A stretch of 64,000 bases of DNA from an uncultured Pseudomonadota bacterium (GTDB taxonomy: Bacteria > Oederibacteriota > Muellerivitia > Muellerivitales > Muellerivitaceae): positions 544,001 to 608,000 of the forward strand of contig CAWIIP010000002.1 in assembly GCA_963836235.1 (NCBI GenBank). The letters run 5' to 3'. The translations under genes and the position numbers were made by a program. Under the pieces are notes generated by a model, which saw nothing but the letters and a program-made list of their open reading frames with translations, searched no databases and was not told the origin of the DNA. Positions 26,348 to 35,499 of the stretch are shown here, piece after piece; the first letter of the stretch is position 1, and each line of letters opens with the position of its first letter.

Positions 26348-28766
26348 CTTCTTCTAAAGGCCCGCCCGAACCGCCTGGGATTTGGACGAGTATCTTACGG
26401 GGTTTATTGCCATCAGCGGGACCCACCACTCCGCGCAGTTCCATGTCATCCAGAAGCCGGGCTGCCCGGCTATAGCCCACCTTGAGGCGCCTTTGGAGTA
26501 AAGAAGTTGAAGCCTGCTTAGCCCTGATGACGATTTCCATTGCTTCTTCGTAAAGTTCGTCTTCGGGGGCTTCGGTGACCGCATCCTTAGAGGATTTTGC
26601 CTCAGATAAGTCCGCGGTGTACTGGGGCCCGCCTTGAGACGTCCAAAAGTCCACCAAACGCTCGATTTCTTCCAACGTAACATAGGCCCCCTGAAGCCGC
26701 AAGGGTTTGGGGGCGCCTGAGGGAAGGTAAAGCATGTCTCCTCGTCCCAAAAGCGCTTCCGCCCCATTCATATCGAGAATGGTGCGGGAATCGACTTTGG
26801 AGAAAACCTGAAAGGCAATACGGGCCGGGAAGTTAGCCTTGATAATCCCCGTGATGACCTCAACGCTAGGGCGTTGGGTAGCCAGCACCAGGTGAATACC
26901 AACCGCCCTAGCCATTTGGGCTAGGCGGGTAATTGAATCTTCCACCTGATCTTTGGCTACCATCATCAGGTCCGCCAATTCGTCCACCAAAACCACGATG
27001 TAGTACATAGGCAGGACTTGTGTTTCCCCCGCTTCCCTCTTTTGTTGCAACTTGCTGTTATAGCTGTCGATGTCACGCGCGCCGATGTGGGCCAACATTT
27101 GGTACCTTTCTTCCATTTCCCGCACCAGCCACTTCAGGGCGAAGTGGGCTTCCTTAGGATCATTGACCACCGGCAGGGCCAAGTGTGGCAGGCCTTTGTA
27201 AATGCTCATTTCCACCCTTTTAGGGTCGATCAAAACCATGCGCAGTTGTTCGGGATCGTATTTGAAAATGAGGCTCGCGATAAGGGTGTTCACGCAGACG
27301 CTTTTCCCGGAACCGGTGGAACCCGCGATCAGAACATGCGGCATTTCCTTAATGCTGGCGAAAGCCGTTTCCCCCGCGATATCGCAGCCCAAAGCCACCA
27401 GCAATTTTTTGGAGGAGGACAGAAAGGCTTCCTGGGCGATGAGTTCCTTCAAAGTCACGATCCGGCCCTTGAGATTTGGCACCTCAATCCCGACTGTCGC
27501 CTTGCCCGGTATGGGCGCTACCACCCGAACCTGCCCGCACTTTAAGGCCAGAGCTAAATCGTCAGCCAAGGAAGCGATCCGGTTGATTTTCACCCCGGCA
27601 GCCAGTTGGATTTCATATTGGGTCACGGTAGGTCCGGGATTGACCCCCACCACATTGGCATCTACCCCGAAATTGGTCAGGCTTTCTTTAATGGTCCGGC
27701 TGATACCCTCGAAATTATCCATGGGCTTGTCCTTGGAATCGTCCAAGGTCTTTAAGATATGCGCGGGGGGCAATTGCCACTGGCGAACGACTCGGGCCGG
27801 TTTCTTTTCTTCTTCCGGTTCCTCCTCGTCCTCGACCATCTCGATACTGGCGGCTTCCATCTTTTGTTTCAGCGTCATGGGGTCTCCCCCCTTGGCCTCG
27901 GCCATGGCGGCGGCAACTACGTCTTCCTCTACTACATTATCGGAAGCCATTGGCTCTTCCGCCTCACCCGTAAAAAGAGGTCTGGATAGGGCTGTCGTCC
28001 TAGAAGGCTTTAAAGTTTTCGACACGGCTGGAATAGAAGCCAGCACCGGCGCCGGACCAGGGTCCACGGATGCCCTTTTTCCCTTGGGCTCTTCACGAAC
28101 CCCTTTATCACCCTTTTCCAGTTTTTTGCGGGCTTCATCCCCGATCTTTTTTTCCCTTTGGCGGTCCTTCCAATCCGAGAAAGTCTTCAAGATTTTCTCG
28201 TGGATCAATACAAAGGCCTCAAACCCATGCTCCTGGAACCAACCCGCTCCCTTTTGAAAGCCTTCCAGAGCGCTCTTGGCGGCCTTGACCAAGTGTTCTT
28301 CCTTTTCCAAAAGCCAAGCCGCCAAAACAAGGACAATGAGGGAAATAATGACAGTCCCCGGACGGCTGAAAATCGCTTCCATCCGGTCGCCCACCTGTAT
28401 TCCCAGCCACCCGCTCCATTCCACCCCTTCACGCATTTGGGCTGCAGAGAACATTTGGGAATTGGGCCAAATGACTCTCGTCATGGCGCCAAGGGAAACC
28501 AGGGAAAGAAGGAAGCCCAAAATCTTAAATCCAGGCTCCACCATCGGATGGTTGCGGAAACGGCCAATGGCGAAACGGATGAAAACCAGAGGGAAAAGCC
28601 AAGCCCAAAGACCGAAACCGTAATAAAGTAAAAAGGCAAGATCCGAACCCGCTTCACCTAGAAGGTCGCGGTTCGCGCCTGTGGGGATGAGGGAAAGGGC
28701 GATCAAGAGGCTGAAGCTTCCGGTGAGAAAAACCACCAGGAAATGGTGGCGTTTATTTTCGGCCAT
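26316..28766 (-). CDS. ftsK: DNA translocase FtsK
   Basis: N-terminal TMs, 'MPHVLIAGSTGSGKS', 'DELADLMM', 'ATQRPSV', gamma domain 'LLQRRLKVGYSRAAR'. Confidence 0.97.
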   Translation of the reverse strand: MAENKRHHFLVVFLTGSFSLLIALSLIPTGANRDLLGEAGSDLAFLLYYGFGLWAWLFPLVFIRFAIGRFRNHPMVEPGFKILGFLLSLVSLGAMTRVIWPNSQMFSAAQMREGVEWSGWLGIQVGDRMEAIFSRPGTVIISLIVLVLAAWLLEKEEHLVKAAKSALEGFQKGAGWFQEHGFEAFVLIHEKILKTFSDWKDRQREKKIGDEARKKLEKGDKGVREEPKGKRASVDPGPAPVLASIPAVSKTLKPSRTTALSRPLFTGEAEEPMASDNVVEEDVVAAAMAEAKGGDPMTLKQKMEAASIEMVEDEEEPEEEKKPARVVRQWQLPPAHILKTLDDSKDKPMDNFEGISRTIKESLTNFGVDANVVGVNPGPTVTQYEIQLAAGVKINRIASLADDLALALKCGQVRVVAPIPGKATVGIEVPNLKGRIVTLKELIAQEAFLSSSKKLLVALGCDIAGETAFASIKEMPHVLIAGSTGSGKSVCVNTLIASLIFKYDPEQLRMVLIDPKRVEMSIYKGLPHLALPVVNDPKEAHFALKWLVREMEERYQMLAHIGARDIDSYNSKLQQKREAGETQVLPMYYIVVLVDELADLMMVAKDQVEDSITRLAQMARAVGIHLVLATQRPSVEVITGIIKANFPARIAFQVFSKVDSRTILDMNGAEALLGRGDMLYLPSGAPKPLRLQGAYVTLEEIERLVDFWTSQGGPQYTADLSEAKSSKDAVTEAPEDELYEEAMEIVIRAKQASTSLLQRRLKVGYSRAARLLDDMELRGVVGPADGNKPRKILVQIPGGSGGPLEEDEETLDEKQD

Positions 28767-28954
28767 TAGAAGTGGGGCCTGGAGGGCTTGAAATGGCCCC
28801 GGAAAGTGGATCGTTCAGAAAAAAGTGTGGATGAATTCATCTTGGAATCAAAGTATAGCTGATGGGACGGAAAATTCCGAAAATAAATCTTTCCCGTTTC
28901 ATTTCAGGCCTCTTGTAAAATACCGATGTCCAAAGGCCATTCCCTGGAGTCCTC

Positions 28955-29866
28955 TTGTTTTTTAATATTGCCGCCAACGTCATCCTCCCGATTTTCCTCG
29001 TCATGTTCCTGGGTTACTTGGTGGCGAAAAACTTCAAGTTGGATCTGGCTTCCCTTTCTAAACTCAACTTTTATATTTTTATCCCCGTCTTCATGTTTTA
29101 CAGCCTGCTGATTTTCAAACCCGGTGCCAAGGAAATGGCCGACACGGTTCTTTTTAACTTTCTTTTAGCTTTTGTGACCTTCCTATCCATGCTGGCCTTA
29201 ACCCGCTGGCTGAAATTCTCTCCCGGCCTAGCCTCCGCCTCCACCTTAGGCGTCATGATCTTCAACTCGGCCAATTACGGTATTCCGGTGGTGCAACTGG
29301 CTTTCCAAGGAGAGGGTGTAGCGATCCAAGTGATCACCATCACGGCCATGAACGTCCTGACCTATACCCTGGGCATCCTCATCGCGGGAGGATGGAGCGA
29401 ATGGCGGAAAGGAATGGTGATTATCCTGAAGCTTCCGATCCTATACGCCTTAGCAGGAGCCCTCATCCTGAGGGGTTTAAGTTGGGATTTACCCTACGCC
29501 GTCATGACTCCCCTTAAATGGACTTCCGATGGAATGCTGCCCATCGCTCTTCTCACCCTGGGCGCCCAGTTGGGCCAAGGGGGCATCTCCTTGAAACATC
29601 CCAAGGAAATTTGGATAACCGTCACCGCCCGCCTGCTTTTATGCCCTCTATTGGCTTTTAGCCTGATCCACCTGATAGGCCTTGAGGGGATGCTAGCCCG
29701 GGTTCTCTTTGTTTCCAGCGCATTCCCCACGGCTGTCGCAACCGTCCTTTTCGGTATTGAATATGATAAAGAACCTACTTTTGCCGCCGATGTGGTGTTT
29801 CTAACGACTCTTCTTTCCGCTATCACCGTTACGGGCGCGATCAGTCTTTCAGCAACACTCTTTTAG
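28955..29866 (+). CDS. AEC (auxin efflux carrier) family transporter
   Basis: About 10 TMs, 'NSANYGIP', 'PIALLTLG', 'AFPTAV', 'TTLLSAIT'. Confidence 0.9.
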   Translation: MFFNIAANVILPIFLVMFLGYLVAKNFKLDLASLSKLNFYIFIPVFMFYSLLIFKPGAKEMADTVLFNFLLAFVTFLSMLALTRWLKFSPGLASASTLGVMIFNSANYGIPVVQLAFQGEGVAIQVITITAMNVLTYTLGILIAGGWSEWRKGMVIILKLPILYALAGALILRGLSWDLPYAVMTPLKWTSDGMLPIALLTLGAQLGQGGISLKHPKEIWITVTARLLLCPLLAFSLIHLIGLEGMLARVLFVSSAFPTAVATVLFGIEYDKEPTFAADVVFLTTLLSAITVTGAISLSATLF

Positions 29867-29874
29867 GAAACGGG

Positions 29875-30009
29875 ATGAAACGAAAGACAAACAAACCTAA
29901 GAAAAATGCGCAAAAAGAAAAAGACCTTTGGAAAAACCCTTCCTATCGCAACATGATCAATCCTTACGAAAGCAAATATCCCCAACCAAAGAAGAAGAAA
30001 AACTCTTAA
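29875..30009 (+). CDS. Small basic hypothetical protein (44 aa)
   Basis: ATG 8 nt after the AEC stop with AGGA upstream; MKRKTNKPKKNAQKEKDLWKNPSYRNMINPYESKYPQPKKKKNS*. Below the ORF-track cutoff. Confidence 0.5.
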   Translation: MKRKTNKPKKNAQKEKDLWKNPSYRNMINPYESKYPQPKKKKNS

Positions 30010-30014
30010 ATGCC

Positions 30015-30125
30015 GTCATTGCGAGGAGGACGAAGGACGACGTGGCAATCTAAATATTCCAGAAACTGCAGTTTGTTTGAGATTTTGGATCACCACGTCC
30101 TCCCTTTGGTCGTCCTCGTGATGAC
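30015..30125. repeat. REP/RPE-like palindromic element
   Basis: Outer arms GTCATTGCGAGGA/TCCTCGTGATGAC and inner arms GACGTGG/CCACGTC around an AT-rich spacer. Confidence 0.65.
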
Positions 30126-30149
30126 AACAAAACAATTCATAAGGACTCC

Positions 30150-31881
30150 ATGATCTACCCTCAATCCAATTCATATCGCCAAGTTAGAAGTCTTTCTGGC
30201 TCTTGGGATTTCCGGGCCGATGCCCAAAATCAGGGTTTGAAAAGAGGATGGTTTCAGGGCTTTGCAAAAGAACGAACTATCCCCGTACCCGCCAGTTGGA
30301 ACGAGCAGTTTCCTGACTTATTCAATTATCTGGGTGCCGCCTGGTACCAAAAGAAATTTCGCTGGATTGGGCGGAATGAAAAAGCCTTCTTAAGATTTGA
30401 TTCGGTCAATTACTTCTCAGAAGTATGGCTCAACGGAATCAAACTGGGTTCCCACGAGGGGGGACATCTTCCTTTTGTATTTGAAGTCACCCCTCACCTA
30501 AAGAAAACCAACAACTGCTTAGTCGTCCGGGTGGAAGGCCTTTTGAAACCGGATCGGGTGCCTCCAGGCAATGTCCCCTTCGACCCCAAGGACGCCTTTG
30601 CCAACAGCTTTAACCCACCTGCTTCCTTTGACTTCTTTCCCTATTGCGGCATCCAAAGGCCCGTGATGCTATTCACTACTCCCAAGGAATTGATCCAAGA
30701 CGTAACCATCACCACCGAAATCCAGGACAAAAACGGGAAGGTTCGAATCCAGGTAAAGACAAACGCCACCCGAGACACCTCCCTACAAGTTTCACTCAAG
30801 GGCTTCGGATGGGCAACCTCAGCTGGAAGTCAGCTAACCTTCGGTTCATCTGAAACCTTATTAACCGTTCCCGAAGCCAAACTCTGGGCCCCAGGTTCAC
30901 CCCATCTTTACGATTTACAATTGCAACTCCAAAGAAACGGGCGGGTCGTCGATCAAGTGCGAATGCCGGTAGGTATTCGGACGATTGCAGTAAAAGGAAC
31001 CAACCTACTTCTCAATGGGAAGCCGGTATTCCTCAAAGGCTTTGGCCGTCATGAGGACTATCCGGGAACCGGACGGTACCTTCCCCCGACCGCCCTCAAG
31101 AATGATTACCAAAACCTGAAATGGATCGGCGCCAATTCCTTCAGAACCAGTCACTACCCTTATTCCGACCAGGACTTAGCGATGGCCGACCGGCTGGGCT
31201 TTTTGGTCATTGACGAGACCCCCGCCGTGGGGCTTTTCTTCAAGAAAACAGGACTTAAAGAAACGACTTCAGCTTTGCCGCCAATTCACCCAGGAAATGA
31301 TCGAACGGGATAAAAACCATCCCAGCGTAGTCATGTGGAGCCTAGCCAATGAGCCCCATTCCAAAAGACCGGGGGCCGCTGCCTTCTTTAAAAATCTTAC
31401 CCAATTAGCCCGAAATCTGGATAAAACCCGCCCCATCACCTTAGTCAGCTACCTGGGAACCGCTGAGGAATCCTTCAGGTTTCTAGACGTAGTCTGCGTA
31501 AATCGCTATTTCGGCTGGTACAGTGAACCCGGCGATCTAGATAAGGCTATTCCCCGGCTCTCAAAAGATTTGGACGCCATTCACCGGAAGTTCAAAAAGC
31601 CCATCCTGGTAACGGAATTCGGCGCCGACGCCGTTCCGGGAAGCCATGCCGACCCGCCCACGATGTTCAGCGAGGAATACCAGGCCGAGATGATCGAAAG
31701 GTACCTGAAAGTCATCGGTCAAAAGCCCTATGTTTCCGGAGCCCATGTTTGGAACCTGAATGATTTCAGGACCGCCCAGGCCACCCACCGGCCCAACGGG
31801 ATCAACTATAAGGGCGTCTTCACCCGGGACCGAAAACCCAAGCTGGCTGCCCATACCTTGCGAAAGATTTGGGCCAAATAA
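30150..31881 (+). CDS. uidA: Beta-glucuronidase (GH2), split by a +1 frameshift near 31255-31262
   Basis: ORF 30150-31313 carries 'VPASWN', 'FDFFPYCGI', 'KGFGRHED', 'ANSFRTSHYPY'. ORF 31210-31881 carries 'WSLANEP', 'TEFGAD' and the GUS N-x-K motif 'NYKG'. Confidence 0.92.
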
Positions 31882-31894
31882 AAAAGACTACCTT

Positions 31895-32257
31895 CTAAGC
31901 GGTTTCGTATTTCCTGATTCCTGCCGAATAAGAAATGATCATCTTGGCGTCCTCCGCTCCGAGGTTCCGGGCGCCGTGGAACGTTCCGACGGGGATCAAA
32001 ACCGAATCCCCGGCTTGAAGAGTGGCTTTCTTTTCGTCCAAGGTGACCTCTACTTTTCCTTCGGCAAGATAAATAAACTCGTGGCAATTGGAATGCCGAT
32101 GTAAAGGCGAAGTTTTCCCATCCAAGAGGGTCATGACCGCAACACTCATGCCGGTGCCTTCGACAAGGGAATCGTCCACAAGCCATTCCATGCTTCCCCA
32201 ATCCTCGGGGACCAACCTGGATTTGAGCGGTTCGGTTTTGTTGAAGTTACGCGTCAT
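31895..32257 (-). CDS. Cupin domain protein
   Basis: 'LHRHSNCHEFIYL', 'AGDSVLIPVGTFH'; SD GGAGGA before ATG 32257. Confidence 0.9.
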   Translation of the reverse strand: MTRNFNKTEPLKSRLVPEDWGSMEWLVDDSLVEGTGMSVAVMTLLDGKTSPLHRHSNCHEFIYLAEGKVEVTLDEKKATLQAGDSVLIPVGTFHGARNLGAEDAKMIISYSAGIRKYETA

Positions 32258-32332
32258 GCTTCCTCCTTGATGAAGGCAATCACCTTCCATTAAACTCACT
32301 CGGAATTCAACCCTAACTTCGACGAGGACTTC

Positions 32333-33166
32333 ATGAAACAATCCAAGATCATCCTTATTCCGCTCTTTCTGGCTTACTTAACGATTGTCGGACTTTTCGT
32401 GGCCTTCCAAAACCGTTTGGTTTTCCATCCGGTTCCTTTGAATGGCACTACTCCCGCCCAATTTGGCCTAAAGGATTACAAGGATGTTGCCTTTCCCTCG
32501 TTCGACGGAGTTACCCTAACGGGCTGGTGGATCGAGCATCCAGCGAGCGAAGGTCCCCACCCCGTTCTTCTTTACTGCCACGGCAACGCGGATTGCCTTT
32601 CCCAATTGGCTGAGGTCTCCAAGATTTTCTACGACTTCGGTTTCGATACCCTGATATTTGATTACCGCAATTATGGAGGAAGCCAAAAAGCCACCTTAAG
32701 TGAAGGGGCGGTGGACGGGGACGCCTTGGCCGCCTACCAGTGGCTGAAGGCAAAGGGGATTCCCGATAATAAAATTATCATTTGGGGCCATTCGCTGGGT
32801 TCTTCCGTCGCGGCGGAACTAGCTACTCAAACCCACCCGGCGGGGCTCATATTAGAAGGCGCCTTCCCTTCCATTTACGCGGTCAGCCGCCAGCGCTATC
32901 CCTGGCTAATAGTGTTCCCTTTCATGATTTGGGACAAGTTTGAGACGGGAAAATATGTCACGGAGCGGACCTGTCCATTGCTGGATACCCATGCCGAGAA
33001 AGATACGGTTATTCCGATTGAGTTAGGCGAGAAAGTCTTTGAGGAGGCCGCGAGCCCTAAACAATGGCTGGTCATCAAGGGCATCGACCACAATGACTTT
33101 CCCAGTGTGGCTTATCAATACCAGAAACCGATTCAGGATTTCGTTTCGCTGTGTCTGAAACCTTGA
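32333..33166 (+). CDS. Membrane-anchored alpha/beta hydrolase
   Basis: N-terminal TM, 'YCHGNA', 'DYRNYGGS', nucleophile 'GHSLG', Asp 'KDTVIP', His 'DHND'. Confidence 0.92.
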   Translation: MKQSKIILIPLFLAYLTIVGLFVAFQNRLVFHPVPLNGTTPAQFGLKDYKDVAFPSFDGVTLTGWWIEHPASEGPHPVLLYCHGNADCLSQLAEVSKIFYDFGFDTLIFDYRNYGGSQKATLSEGAVDGDALAAYQWLKAKGIPDNKIIIWGHSLGSSVAAELATQTHPAGLILEGAFPSIYAVSRQRYPWLIVFPFMIWDKFETGKYVTERTCPLLDTHAEKDTVIPIELGEKVFEEAASPKQWLVIKGIDHNDFPSVAYQYQKPIQDFVSLCLKP

Positions 33167-33747
33167 TACATCCCTAACTGGGCCCTTTTCTTCCGGTCGA
33201 TGTTTTCAAGGGTGTGAATCAGGTGTTTTTGGATAAAAGAGTCCAGCGTCATATCCGCGTGACCCGCTAATTCAGGGGTTCCCACACAAAAAAGCCCCGC
33301 GGCCTTCGCCGCTTGAACCCCCAAAATATCCGTTTCCAGCGCGATCGCACGGGCAGGCTTTACCCCCATCATGTCCAGCGAGAGCAGGTGCAACTCGGTT
33401 TTCGGTTTGAGTTCGGTTACATCCTCAAAACACCGGATATTATCGAAATCTTCCGCCAGGTTCATATCGGCCAACTTTTGAACCACCACGCTTTGTTTCA
33501 AATTTGAGGTAAGGACCAGTCGGATTTCAAAACCCCTGAGGAGACGATAGCAATACTTCAAAGCGTCCAAAGGTGTTTCTTCCGGAAAATCAGACTTGTT
33601 GTAATTTTGGTTTTGGGAATCCCGGACAACCCAGTCGAAATCGAAGAGGAGCGCCTTGGTTAGCCAAAAGCTTTCGGGGACCATGCCGCCGAAAGGAACA
33701 CCACGGGGGTTGTTGACGTCGGAAGGGCCAAAATTGACAGGGCTCAT
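33133..33747 (-). CDS. HAD-superfamily hydrolase-like protein (divergent)
   Basis: 'LLFDFD', 'LTSN', 'LKP', 'ETD..GVQAAKAAG'. Confidence 0.75.
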   Translation of the reverse strand: MSPVNFGPSDVNNPRGVPFGGMVPESFWLTKALLFDFDWVVRDSQNQNYNKSDFPEETPLDALKYCYRLLRGFEIRLVLTSNLKQSVVVQKLADMNLAEDFDNIRCFEDVTELKPKTELHLLSLDMMGVKPARAIALETDILGVQAAKAAGLFCVGTPELAGHADMTLDSFIQKHLIHTLENIDRKKRAQLGMYQGFRHSETKS

Positions 33748-33756
33748 TAAAAGATC

Positions 33757-35499
33757 TTATAAAAGAGATGCATCGTCAATAATTTTACTAACTCCGAGAA
33801 CCCAATCATAATTTCTTTCCATAGATTTTGAATGATCGATTTCCCTATGAACCCCATCTATTTCTATAAAATTAAATTTACTTAAGGGAAGTTTTTTATC
33901 AATCGGTATAACTTTAATCGAAAGAAACTCTACTTCCGAAGAATTAAAGTTTTCTCTAGGTTGATCCTGGATACTAAAAGGGATGCTAATTAAGTCGGTA
34001 GAAGTTAACCCACGGGTTTTATTCATTTTTAAATTAGCTTTAGCATCGTCCAAATTTGCTTTCAAAATAAATTCCAACATTAAAGGATTGGCTTTACCCT
34101 TTGTTGCCTGCATGCCCTTTCCAACCAGGAACCCGATAACTCCATTTTTCCCGCCCTTATAGTCCATCACAACTTTTGGATTATCAGCCAAGACCTTTTC
34201 TACTTCGATTACGATGGCCTTAGGGTCAGAAACTTGGGCCATGCCCTTGGATTTCACCACTTCCGCCGGGGACGCCCCGTTGTTGAAGAGTTCCAGGAAG
34301 ACTTCCTTGGCCTGTTTGCTGTTAATGGTACCCGCGTCGATCAGGTCCACCAGTTCGCAAAGCTTCTTCTGGTCGAATTTCAGATCCTTGAGTTCCTTTT
34401 CCTGTTCCTTCATTTGGGCGGCCATGTCCCCCATGATCCAATTGGCCAAGCCCTTGGGATTCTTGGTGTGCTTGGCGCCTTCCTCAAACCACTCGGCCAG
34501 TTCCTGATCGGAGGTTAAAACCCCGCCGTCATAATCGCTGAGGCCATATTGGGAGACGAACCGCGCCTTCTTCGCCGAAGGCAGTTCGGGCAGGTTTTTC
34601 CTAATGCCCTGGATGTAATCCTCACTCAAAATGATCGGCACCAAGTCTGGCTCAGGGAAATAGCGGTAGTCATGGGCTTCTTCCTTGGAACGCATGGTCT
34701 TGGTCTTGTTCTCGGTCACATCCCAAAGTCGGGATTCCTGAACCACCCTTTCGCCCTTATCCAGCAAGGCGGCCTGGCGTTTGATCTCGTATTCAATGGC
34801 CTGTTTGGCGAATTTGAAGCTGTTCATGTTCTTGATTTCAGTCCGGGTACCGAATTTCTCGGTTCCCTTGGGACGGATGGAAACGTTGGCGTCACAACGC
34901 AACGACCCCTCTTCCATATTGCAGTCGGAGACATCGGTATAAAGAAGGATATTCCTCAAGGCCGTCAGGTAGGCATGGGCCTCATCCGCGCTTCGGATAT
35001 CCGGCTCGGAGACGATTTCCACCAGCGGGATACCGCCCCGGTTGTAGTCGGCCAGGGAGTAGTCAGAGGAATCCAGCCGTCCCGCCTTGCCGCCCGCATG
35101 GACCAGCTTACCTGCGTCTTCTTCCAGATGGGCCCGGGTGACGCCGATTCGCTTGGCGCCGTCTTTCGTCACGATATCCAAATACCCGCCATAGTTCAGC
35201 GGCTTGTCATATTGAGAAATCTGATAAGCCTTGGGCAGGTCGGGATAGTAATAGTTCTTCCGGTCCATCTTGGCATATTTGGCGATAGTGCAGTTAAGGG
35301 CTAGGCCGATCTTCACGGCGTATTCGACGGCCTTTTGGTTCATGACTGGTAAAGTGCCGGGTAGCCCAAGGCAAACCGGGCACACCTGGGTGTTAGCTTC
35401 ATTACCGAAAGTCGTTTTGCATCCGCAAAAGAGCTTCGTAGCCGTCTTCAACTCACAGTGGACTTCCAGGCCGATGACCGGCTCATATTCGTTTGCCAT
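33757..35499 (-). CDS. gatB: Asp-tRNA(Asn)/Glu-tRNA(Gln) amidotransferase subunit B, with C-terminal extension
   Basis: 'VIGLEVH', 'RKNYYYPDLPK', 'HLEEDAGK', 'RCDANVS', 'DYRYFPEPDL', YqeY domain ending 'GKANP'. Confidence 0.97.
   Translation of the reverse strand: MANEYEPVIGLEVHCELKTATKLFCGCKTTFGNEANTQVCPVCLGLPGTLPVMNQKAVEYAVKIGLALNCTIAKYAKMDRKNYYYPDLPKAYQISQYDKPLNYGGYLDIVTKDGAKRIGVTRAHLEEDAGKLVHAGGKAGRLDSSDYSLADYNRGGIPLVEIVSEPDIRSADEAHAYLTALRNILLYTDVSDCNMEEGSLRCDANVSIRPKGTEKFGTRTEIKNMNSFKFAKQAIEYEIKRQAALLDKGERVVQESRLWDVTENKTKTMRSKEEAHDYRYFPEPDLVPIILSEDYIQGIRKNLPELPSAKKARFVSQYGLSDYDGGVLTSDQELAEWFEEGAKHTKNPKGLANWIMGDMAAQMKEQEKELKDLKFDQKKLCELVDLIDAGTINSKQAKEVFLELFNNGASPAEVVKSKGMAQVSDPKAIVIEVEKVLADNPKVVMDYKGGKNGVIGFLVGKGMQATKGKANPLMLEFILKANLDDAKANLKMNKTRGLTSTDLISIPFSIQDQPRENFNSSEVEFLSIKVIPIDKKLPLSKFNFIEIDGVHREIDHSKSMERNYDWVLGVSKIIDDASLL

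Noticed and set aside
27202-28257. 351-aa plus-strand ORF and many similar long antisense ORFs (over ppdK, gatB, pcrA, mqnC, DUF2723)
   Set aside because: They are shadows of well-supported genes on the opposite strand and show no recognisable motifs.
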